Source: Selaginella moellendorffii
Lineage: Eukaryota; Plantae; Lycopodiophyta
DNA: 64,000 nt
Assembly (NCBI RefSeq): GCF_000143415.4
Contig: NW_003314410.1
Location: forward strand, 170,115 to 234,114
Direction: 5' to 3'
In this document: piece after piece, positions 53,586-64,000 of the stretch
Layout of the letters: each line of letters starts with the position of its first letter
Position numbering within the stretch: the first letter of the stretch is position 1
The notes under the pieces: generated by a model
What the model saw: the letters and a program-made list of their open reading frames with translations, nothing else
Databases searched by the model: none
Told to the model about the DNA's origin: nothing
Made by a program: the position numbers and the translations under genes

Positions 53586-55729
53586 ATGGAGAACAGGACC
53601 AGGCAGTGGGCTCATATTATGCTGGACAAGCAGCAGCGAGATGTGCACATTGAGAGCAAGAAGCGCACCATCGATCGGACTATGCAGTTCTGGATGCGCT
53701 GCATGTCGATCTATGCCAGCTACAAGGTGGGGTTTTTGAGGAGGGAAGAATTTCGTGACACTGGCAATTGATGTGCAGGTGTGCCAAATCCGGGTCCAGT
53801 TCGTCAGTGACAAGCAGGAGCAAGACAGGATTTGGGAGGAACAGCATGAGAGTGCGGCCGAAAAGGTTTACGCTCTTTGTACTGACCTCGGTGGATTCTT
53901 CCTAAAAGTAAGATTTTTTGATGCGAAAATTGTTTCTTCGTGAAATGGACACTTTGGCTTTGATTCTAGTCTGCTCAAGTTCTGGCAAAACCGGATTTGG
54001 TTCCTGCAGCTTGGGTGAAGAAGCTTGTTGTGCTGTGCGACGATGCTCCTCCTACACCTTTCGAGACTGTCCAGGGTATTGTGGAAGCTGAGCTTGGAAA
54101 CCCAATCAATGCACTCTTCGAACGTTTCGATCAGAAGCCCCTTGGCTGTGCTTCGATCGCTCAGGTACTGTCATTCAACCTGCGGGAATTCTCTACTAAC
54201 TCTTGTTGCCAGGTTCACAGAGCGCGACTAAAGGGTCGATCGACTGACGTTGCTGTCAAAGTAAGACCTGCTTCTGTTACGGATCTATCCTGACTGTTTT
54301 ATCGTTCCGTTTTCTAGGTGCAACATCCTGGTGCTGAAGAGCTGATGATGACTGATATATCCAATCAGAAAACATTTGGAGCATTCTTGCAGCGTTTCGA
54401 TGTAAAGTTTGATCTTGTTTCGGCTGTCGACGAACTCGAGCAGCAGGTAAACGAAGCTTTCGTATGTATGTTTCTAAGCTCTTTGTTAGGCAGGTTCACC
54501 ATGAGTTCGATTTCCTGAGGGAAGCGAAGTCAATGGATCGGATTGCGGTTACTTTAAGCAAAGAGAATCGTGGGAGCCCTCCCATTCAGGTTCCTCGTCC
54601 TGTTCCAGGATTCGTAACAAGGTACATTAGATTAAAGTCTGTATATTCACTTTCTAATCTTCTGTTTTCCTATAGAAAAGTTCTGGTAATGGATTTTGTT
54701 GAGGGCATTCCGATTTTACGTATAGCGGATGAGATGATTAAACGAGGCATTAATCCCCACGGAAGTGTTGCGAACCATGCAAAGAGGTGAGCATTTTGCG
54801 AGCTTTTCTCTACTGATTCAACTGTGCAGGTCGATATTGAAGGATATCACTGCAGCTTACGGCCAAATGATATTGAGAGACGGGTTTTTCCAAGCTGACC
54901 CACACCCAGGAAACATACTTGTGAAAAGCAATGGCAAGGTAAAGTTTCTTGTCATGTTAGAATAGTTTTGTGGATGAGATGATTGCCGCAGGTGGCATTA
55001 CTGGACTACGGACAAGTCAAGGAACTCCCTAATGAGTTGCGGCTCGCTTTTGCGAGGCTGATACTTGGAATGTCTTCTCATGATCCAAAGCGGATTGAGC
55101 TAGCTTTCGGGTAAGCTGTTGCCTTCTTTCGACGGTAAAGATGAAAAATGTCTCTCGTCAGGGACTTGGGGATTGAAATCTCGAAACTGTCCATGATTGG
55201 TGAGGGCTCGATCAAAGATCTGGCCACAATCATGTTTGACACGAAACTTCCCGGTGGGTTAACAGTGGTGAATCCGTTTGCAGACGACTCGCTTCTCAAG
55301 CAGATATCAGTTCCCGTGAGTGTATCTCTTACATTCTTGGTCTCACTTTTGCTGATAGCTGTGTACCATTTGTTTTGCAGAAGTTTCCCAGGGATTTGTT
55401 TTTCCTCCTTAGAACGATTCACATACTTAGAGGCATTAGCATGGGCATGGGAATAAGTTACTCCGTGGCGGACGAGTGGAAAAAGCTTGCCGATGAGGCT
55501 TTGAAAGCCGCGAACCAGATATCTACGGGTAAGCTCTTTCCCTCTTGAGGACTAAAAGCTCTAAGGCGAATTCCATCGACTTGATCTCTTTTTCGAAGGC
55601 TCACAGAACGGGAAAGGCCAGGCAAAGATTAGGAGCATCGAGCAGCAGCAGAGCTCTCAGTGGAGGCGGGCTATCAAATATCAGCAAAAGAAACAACAGC
55701 AATGGCGTCGAGAGGTGCCAGTTCTCTAG
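53586..55729 (+). CDS. ABC1/UbiB atypical kinase family protein, multi-exon
   Basis: DLGGFFLK, ASIAQVHRA, VAVKVQHPG, EFDFLREA, FFQADPHPGN, LLDYGQVK. Confidence 0.92.
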
Positions 55730-57189
55730 AAAAATTCAGCGATAAAAATGATAGGAATCATTTCAGCAAAGGTGGTGCCGAATTATCATCCTTGATGTAT
55801 TGTCAATTAAAACTTGGGACCATATACGATCTTTTGATCTTTAGGCGGTCCAAAATGTGTTGCGTGGTTGTGCGACACGTGACGAGAAGCTATCCCACGT
55901 GCCGTAGGGCAGTGTATAAGAAAGTCGATTCAGCGGAGAAAAATTTCTGAGGCTTGCGTTCTTTTTGGTAAGCTTGTTGAAGTTTTAGTTTGACTTTAAT
56001 TTCCCTCCATATCTATTCATGAAAGGATGAAGAAAGACTTTGTTGGTGGAAAAGACAGGTTTTGAGCATTGTGATTAGAGGATGCAAGCAAGAAGGCTGA
56101 ATGTCTGATCCATTGATTCATTCATATGCTGTTTACATGGTCTTGCAGTGCCTACCATGAAGCATGACTCATCTCACACTAGTTTAAAACTCTATGAAGA
56201 CTTAAAAGATTACCAGCTCCAACTCCATGTTTGGCCCGCTTCTAGCCAGCTCTTATTAGGATATCCGCTCCATCATGGACCTTCCACCAATTGTTTGTCC
56301 AAGCTTCTGAAGGGAAAAAAAGAAAAAAGGAAAAGAAGCAAGAAGGTTGTCATTGGGTACGGATCTTTGATGTTTTTGTCCACCATTCTACAAGCTTCTC
56401 TGCTTTGGGGTTGACATATCATTTTTTATAGCCATTCCTCTTTCCCATCTTCATCCTTCTGCATCTTCTAAATCGTGGTGGCTGTGCTTGCTGCGCCATG
56501 TAGGGATCACCTGTTATGGAACTCATCTCTGGTACGAGCAATGAAGCCGTGGCGTACCGAAGCACATCCGCATTTTCTTCCTGCTGCTCAAGAAGCCGAG
56601 TATCTTGAATTTGATCTACCAGATATCTCGTTGTTTACAGGAGAACCAATGTTCGTCACCGGCAGCGAAGGACGAGACGCCCCGAGCGCTCTGATCGATC
56701 GAGTCCATCCATTCACAGGGGATCCACTTGATCTTTAAAACCAAACCTAAAAAGGTCCCTGCCCTAGGGATCAAAGAATATGCTGAGCAGCCCTAACTAG
56801 AGTGCCCTATCCCATATGCCCAAGCTCAAGGGCTTTCATTTGATATATAACAGCTCGCGAAGACACCAATGGCATGAGCGCGCCCGCTTCAAGGTGGGAG
56901 TCAGCACGGTGTTATCCTCGGAGGGGGATAATGACGTGGCTGATAATGCGGGGCACATCGCGTCAGGCGGGTGACCGAGCATCGCTACAGCTCCAGCTCT
57001 CGCCAGTGAAGGGATCACGCGCTCCTTTTTTTTGTATGTTTTCAACGAGCGATGGTAAGAGCCTCATTCCGAGGATTAGAGTTTTTGAGCAGGAGTAGGT
57101 AGCACAACTTTAGACAGCATTTTTTTCGTTTCTAAATTTCTTGAAAATCCAACCTTTCCCGACTTCGTCCACACTTTCAACGTCGGACC

Positions 57190-58780
57190 GACTCGAGTGA
57201 GAACTCGCCTCAAGGGAGCATCAAACAAGTCCATTCCCGCAAGTAAGTTTTATCGATCGAGTTTCGAGTTTGATAGCTCTACGATATCAAACAGGCTCGC
57301 AAACTCTGCGATGGGACGCGCAGCAAAGGTGAGAGACCCAACCTCTCCATCACCATCTCCTCCCTCAGGTTTTGCGCCAGCTCCAGGCCGGCAGAAGAAT
57401 CCACGCGGACCTCTTCTCGTCCGACTTGCTGGTTTCCACCGGTAGTGTCAGATATATGGGAACTATTACTGGAATTGGCGATATCGATCCGGCTCGATGG
57501 CCTGGCTCTAAATGGCGCTTCCCAAAGGTAAAGAGTCCTGTCTTCAAGTGACGCATTTTTTAGCTGAGCACGCGGCTAGCGAAAGACAGGCATGAGAGAT
57601 AAATCCATTTATTGCTCAATGTGACTCCCCCGGTTTCGACGAAGAGATTCAGGCAGGCCAACAATGCTCACAGACATAAGTACTCTCTACATGCACTTTT
57701 AATTCACGGTTGGTCTATTATCCAGAATAGAGAGACTTCAGGAGAAAGTTTTCCCTCTCTGAGATGCCTGCAAATTACGGTTGGCCTGTAGGATCTGACA
57801 AAGATGATTGTCGTATGACTTTCGACTGACACCTGAGTGGTCATAGTGTTCCTGGTTTTCCTTCTGGATTGCCAAGCCCCAGAAACGAGGGGCTACCATC
57901 TCATCGTAAAGTCGATATGCACCAGCAGCAGCTTAGGCTCTGCATTCAGCAGTTTCGAGAGAAAAAGATTCCTCCACAATTCGGGAACCGCAGCAGCTTC
58001 TCCAACCAGCAGCATGAAGTTGCTCAGTCTACTTGCAGACAACAGACAAAGCTTCACATGTTTCCTCGCAGCAACAGGCTCCCAGTAAGTGAAATCCATC
58101 GTCACTTCTTATGTAATGCTTTTTTGTCTACTCTTTTTTGTTCTTTAAGGAGTTGGGGAGCCCCAGGTAATGCAAACGATTCTGACCGCGAGTGCAAACT
58201 ATTTGGTTTCTCGTTGAAGGCAAAGACAGCTTTGGCCAGCACCGCCAAAGACGACGTCCACAAGGATCTCGAGTCGGAAGCTTCCGGCTTCAGGAAGTGT
58301 TTTACTGGCCAGAACTGGAACCAGCAGCAGCAAGCAGGACGTGCACCAAAGTAAGATCTCATTCTTTATTTGAAGCGCCAGACTCTGAATCTCTTCTACT
58401 TTTCAAAGGTTCACAAACACGGTGCAGTGGGACGAGCTTTGGACTTGCCCAAGTTTCGGGGATACAGGGAACTCCTGGAGGAGCTGCAGCATCTGTTCGG
58501 CATTGACGAGAACCTGAACGTGGCAAGCCGTGTACGTAGATAACGAAGGCGACATGCTGCTCGTCGGAGACGACCCCTGGGGGTAAGATCTCGTCTGTGC
58601 ATTTCATTTGCTTAAAGAGTTTTTACATTTCAGGGAGTTTTGCACGACGGTGCGATGCATTCGGCGGCTGAGATCCAGAAGCTTACCGTGCGGGCACGCA
58701 ACAGCAGCACGGAAGAGCCATCCAGCAGGCTGTCCGATCAGCAGGATTCCTCGTCCCCTCCCGCTTCTAGCGACGAGTAA
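57190..58780 (+). pseudogene. Auxin response factor-like remnant without a B3 domain (ancillary domain + KLFG + PB1), frameshifted; 5' boundary uncertain
   Basis: [33 protein letters not shown]|VHKHGAVGRALDL, frameshift at ~58520 before WQAVYVDNEGDMLLVGDDPW, stop in the exon at ~57590. Confidence 0.8.
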
Positions 58781-59009
58781 TTTAGCAGCTTTCGTTTTGA
58801 GAACTTTCCCTTTTTGCCCTGCCTATATAAAATAGTGATTCTTAGCTCAAACTTAGGGTACATCGTTGATGAAGGGCTAGGGCGGATGCCGGGATGTCTT
58901 GGGGTTGGGGTTGGGGTCGCGACGCTTCCACTCTGCCCATTGATCGGAGCTCCAGGTGCTTCTCTCTCTCCCCTCCCGCAAGGTAAGTTCGTTTAGATAG
59001 GCAATAAGA

Positions 59010-60150
59010 CAAAAGCGAAGCTGCTTGCAACGAGCTAAGAGGTCTGTTAGATGCGATCAAGAAATCCTGTTGAAACTCTCAACGTTCGAGGACACCAGGT
59101 TCGCGATTGCAACGCAAAAGGGAGCCAGTGACACAACAAACAACTCAAACAAGTGAAACAACGGATGGACAACGCTCTGTGAATACAAACAAAACTAGAT
59201 CAACGACACTTAGTTTCATGTTGCCAGGTTCGCGTGTGTTTCGATTTGTTCTAATTTCTTGTCATGAAGAAGCCAAGTGACATGTTGGTGTTGCTCAACG
59301 ACGATAAGAACTGGAAAACGCCATGTCACAGCGTGTGCCAAGAAGAAAAATGCTACTAGATTGGAGAGATTTTGTGTCAACGTTTTGGAGAGATTGTCAG
59401 TGCTTTGAGTTATGTTGTTACTGCGCTCAAGGCAAGACCTGTGAGCTGAGAAACAACTTTTTGGCACCTGCGATCTTCAGAACTTCAATCCAGCTGAAGA
59501 CGTAAATGACAATGACAACAGCGATCATGATCCGTAACTCTCGCACCTCTCCACCTCTCAAGGTAAGGGCTTTTCTTTGTGTTAGGAATAAGCGAGTAAG
59601 ACAACGAAACAAGAGAGATTTGCTGGAGACAAGAAAGCGAAGCTGCTTGCAACGAGCTAGGATCGAATGATCAACGATAAATGAAAGGCTTGAATTCGTG
59701 TTGAAACTCTCAACGTTTGAAGACATCAGGTTCGCTCTTTATTTTCGACGGGTCAAGAAGATGCTATGCTCAACGCAAAAGGGAACTAGGGACACAGTCA
59801 AGCTAAGATGATATGCTCATAAAACAGCTCAAACAAGCTAAGTGCAAAACAAGGGTCCAAGGAACCCTCAACGCAAAGGGAAACTTAGCTTCAGGTTTGC
59901 ATGTGTTTCAATTTGTTCTAATTTCTTGTCATGAAAAAGACAATTGACGTGTTGGTGCTGCTCAACCACGATAAGAACTAAAAAACGCTGTGTTCAAAAA
60001 GAAAAATGCTGCGAGATTGGAGTGATTTCTGTCAACGTTTTGGAGAGGCTTTGAGTTATGTTGTTGCTGTGCTCAACGGAAGACCTGCTGGCTGAGAAAC
60101 AACGTGATCTTCAGAACTTCAATCCAGCTGAAGACGTACATTGACAATGG
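59010..60150. repeat. Diverged direct duplication of a ~500-bp block (~59010-59520 / ~59634-60150)
   Basis: Shared aaagcgaagctgcttgcaacgagcta, gttgaaactctcaacgtt and gatcttcagaacttcaatccagctgaagacgta in the same order. Confidence 0.85.
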
Positions 60151-60968
60151 TCCAACCTTAATGAAAACAACGATCATGAAAACTCCCAAGGCAAAGGAAT
60201 GTGCATAGTGTGAATTTACAAGAAAAGACGCCTGAATCAACTCATATATTGGTTTGTCTAACTAGGATGTTTGCTGTTCAACGAAATGGAAGTCGAAGTT
60301 TAAGAGGTTCGTGAGCTGTTTGTTCTAACCAAAATGTTTGTCCAAAGAACCAAGTCTTGTTCTCTTTAGTTTTCATTATGGTTTCTCTAACTTCCTTTTG
60401 TTTTTGCAACACCATGAGATTGCAATGGTGCCATAGAACAACGTTCCAGGGCCAGCTAACGTAGATGGAAGTTTACGCTCTGGCAGTGGGAAAACGAGAC
60501 GATCTACACAAGCACTCTGTGGTTTCCTTGAAAAGAAATGAAATGTTGCAAACATTTGTCGAGTAGTTATGTCTTTTCAGGTGCTAGCTTAGTTGGGAGT
60601 GGCCATTGCCACCGTCACTGACTTACAATTCCATTTATTTGACGTGGATCATACCCAGCGCGGGAGCCGGTTTGTGAGCTTTATTCACGAAGTTCACGGA
60701 TGAATCATCTAATAGCGTCTTACTCCCGATATGCATGGGAAACGGAAGAAAACTCGCCCAAGAACCAAGAACACCGGACGAACTGGAGATAAACAAAAGA
60801 GAGGCACTCCTGGTTTGAGAATACAAGGTTAAAAAATATTTTACTTCCTCTAGACTTCTCACAAGCCCAAAGCCGACCCGATAGCTTAGCTTCTCGAATA
60901 TGCCAAGGCGCGATTCTTTGTTTGAGTAAGAGCCTGCAAACTTTGAGTATCATAAGGGCGCCCCAATC

Positions 60969-63062
60969 TTATATCTCGAGAAGGGTGCTTGCCGTCCTGA
61001 AACCATGACCGCTAGGCAGTGGTGCGTTCCCTGGTCTCTCAAGTATCACAGTGTCCAGGCCTGGTAACAAAAGCAGTGATACATTAGCAACACATCTCTC
61101 GCTTTTTTTTTCCCAGCATTACCAGCTTCTTTAGCCGCAACAGCTTCAGCCAGCACGTCCGTGGCGAAAGTAATCTGAGAAGGCTCGTCGGCACCCACCG
61201 AAAGGAAGATTTCAGTGTAGCTCCGTGCCTCTCGTTTGTTTCTGAAAAGGAATGAGATGCAAGGAGCAAATGTAATGAACCAAGTGCAGAAAATCTCACC
61301 CTGTCACGGTATCGAAGTAGCCCGAAATGTATCTCCTCAAATCACCAAAGTTTGTGTTCCCAAAGATCAGCCGCTGCGCTTCTCGGCTCCCACTCGAGTA
61401 AATATAGGCCTGAAAGGAACAAGGCGACAACATCAACATCGTGCTTTGGGAACTTCTATCAGACCTTCGACTCGGCAGAATGCCACAAGGAGAGTGCTTC
61501 AGGAACGTCCTGAAAGACTTGGCCTTTGAGTTCACCGTTTTTGTATCCTGTTCTCCAAATATGTCCCTGTGATGCAAAGGATCAAGAAACGTTGATTCAA
61601 AACAAGACCAGACCTGCAATTGTTTGAGGGCTGTAACTTTGCGATCGGCAGCAATCATGGCGAGAACGTTACGCTCCGCTGCCGCAATGACTTCGTCCTT
61701 AGGAGCATCACTTGGAGGAATGAGCTGCGCTTGCACGTTTCCCTCCTTTGTGTCTTTGGAAGCCTGCTTGTCATAACACGAGAGCTTGATTTCTGCTGCC
61801 ACCAAAACCATTGAAATCTTGCCTGTTGCCTGAGAAGTTCTAGATCATCTTGAGTCTCCTTCGAATCGTAAGTGGCTGAGAGGTGTTTTCCCACATTGTC
61901 ACGCGCATAGGGAAACAAAACGTCCGTCACGAACGATATGGGAGTGGTGGTGCCTTCAATATCAAGTAAAATCACACGCTGCAAAGAAGAAAAACATTTG
62001 ATAAAAGCCGCATAAATGGACAGTATTTCTTACGGGATAGTTTTTCTTTGGAGCTGCAAGGCTGAGTTTCTTCACTGGTCCATGCAAGGGGTCTGTATGG
62101 TCGAGGCCAAACTGGCGAAGCTTAAGTGCGGCGTCAAAAAGATAATGGTAGCATTCTGCCTGTTTCGCAAAAGATTAAGAGTCAAGCTGGCAAAAATACT
62201 ATCACCTGAGTTTTAGCACTGATCCACGAGTCACCCCAGACGTAAATCCCATGGTTTCTCACTAACACCGCCGTCGTTCGTGGATAAGCGGCAATCTTCC
62301 AGCAAAACACGAATCAGAAAGACAACAGTGAGAAACGAACGAGCTTTTACTCACGGCTGCTGCTAAAGAGTCCGTGAGCTCGTATTCATACGCAGAGTTT
62401 TCAATGATCGGGACTACGAGCTCGTCGTAGTAACCATGCCCTTTGATTCCTTTGATCATCTCCATGTGAGTGATCTACAGCAGATGGAGCTCAAAAGAGT
62501 AAAAAGAGAAAAAGAAAAGTATTACCCGAAACTCTTTGGCACCGGGATCGATCATGGTCACGAGACAGCTCTCCATTCCATGGCTGTGAATCACAGCTCC
62601 AGCATTCCTCATCGTGTACGCCTAAGTCACGAATCCAAGTCGCATGAGAAGGAAAGAATTTTTAAAAAAAAGTACAAGAAGAAGCTTTAGAACCTTCATG
62701 AAAAGAGGAGCACAGTCCGTGCATTTGGGCGGCTTGTGAGGAGGAGGCAATGGCAATGGCGTGGAGAGGACGGCCCCATTCTTATCCAGCACATACATAT
62801 CCTCCGCATTCATCTTTTCCTTCTGGACTCCTGGGAGATCGAAACGAATCCCAAGATCACAATGCTCGCATCGCATCGCAGAAATTTTACCTGAGGGAGC
62901 CATGACGATCAAGCGATCGGCCATGGGGAGCTGCGGATCCTCCACCTTGAGAGTAACACCTCCGCCAGTTCCAGACACCCAGCCGAGGCCATAGAACTGC
63001 CTGCACAGCGCCGCCACGAGCGTCTTCGCTTGCTCAGTGGCGCTCTCCACCACTGTCCCCAT
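60969..63062 (-). CDS. DEP1: Bifunctional methylthioribulose-1-phosphate dehydratase / enolase-phosphatase E1 (Met salvage)
   Basis: [91 protein letters not shown]. Confidence 0.95.
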
Positions 63063-63252
63063 TGCCGATAAACCCTAGAGAATCCTGCCACGTGTCAGAA
63101 AATTCTTTTGTGCCAACGTGGCAGCATCGTCAGCAGATCCCAACCGTCAAAAACAAGAAAGAACATAATCTGGACCGCCGAAAAAGAATACTAACAAAAT
63201 CATCTCTCTTCGCAATTTACATAGTATATAAGCGCAAAATCACAATGCTATG

Positions 63253-64000
63253 TTACAAAGCATCGCCCAGGGAGAGCCTGCGATGACCGAGCTTGTGTCG
63301 ATACGCAGCCTTGAGCTCTTCTAGTGTCAAGTTGCCAGAGTTTGGCCTTGCGAGAGCTCCATCTTCCTTGGCAGCTCCCGAGCTGTAGTGGCCGACGCTG
63401 CTGGGAATGTACCTGTTCTTCCGGCTGGAGATGGCGCTCGTCGACCGCCGCGTCGGCTCGCTCACTGGCCTGGAAGGGATATCTTCGTCGCTGAGAGATG
63501 AGGCTGGAGCTGGGTCGATTGTCATCTCGCCCTCGAGAATCCGAAGAACCTGTTTCGTTTTCGTGTGAGTCGTGAGAACTCGCTCGAAGTTGGTGCTAGA
63601 TGCAAATGGAAAACAAACCATACCTGGGACATCCGTGGCCGTGTGTTTGGATCCCGTGATATGCACAGGAAAGCAGCATGGAGCATACAGGTCACTTCGT
63701 CCTTCTCAAACTCGCCGCAAAGTTTGGGGTCGACTAGCTCCCGGTAGACTCGTTTTCTCAACAATGGACGAGCCTAGAACAAATCACACGAGCATATTAG
63801 AGAAAGGTTGTGAGAGACCAGCTCAAGAACTTACCCATTCCGTGAGGCATTGCTGACCCTTTGGACGCGAAATGTCGATGGCCTTGCGGCCAGTTACAAG
63901 CTCCAAGAGCACTATTCCAAACGAGTAAACGTCTGCCTTTTCTGTGATCTGACCACTTTGTGTATATTCAGGTGCTAAATACCTGACAGAGCAGAGTTCA
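63253..64000 (-). CDS. C-terminal part of a receptor-like cytoplasmic kinase (gene continues beyond the window)
   Basis: [49 protein letters not shown]|[16 protein letters not shown]|VLRILEGEM. Confidence 0.9.

Overview
Eukaryotic plant nuclear DNA, very probably the lycophyte Selaginella (inferred from ~45-80 nt introns, very tight gene spacing and microbial-type terpene synthases). Layout: 1-8 kb is a degenerate LTR retrotransposon with an assembly gap. 9-15 kb holds two BAHD acyltransferases (one lacking the catalytic His and frameshifted) interleaved with three copies of an orphan repeat-protein gene. 15-23 kb holds CBP60, tRNA-Glu, sirohydrochlorin ferrochelatase and a USP-domain RLCK. 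23.2-46.4 kb is a tandem array of five intronless microbial terpene synthase-like (MTPSL) genes (3 intact, 1 frameshifted, 1 decayed). The repeat unit originally contained a PLP class I/II aminotransferase: one intact copy, one 5' half and four 3' remnants survive, and the remnants lie just downstream of, and antisense to, the terpene synthases. 46.7-64 kb holds RPS18-like, HISN7, FtsHi2, an ABC1 kinase, a B3-less ARF pseudogene, DEP1 and a partial kinase. The best candidate for an undescribed system is the co-amplified MTPSL/aminotransferase module with nearby BAHDs, a possible specialised-metabolism locus. No oxidase is present in the window, so the pathway link is a hypothesis. All homology calls come from motif recognition; no database searches were run.
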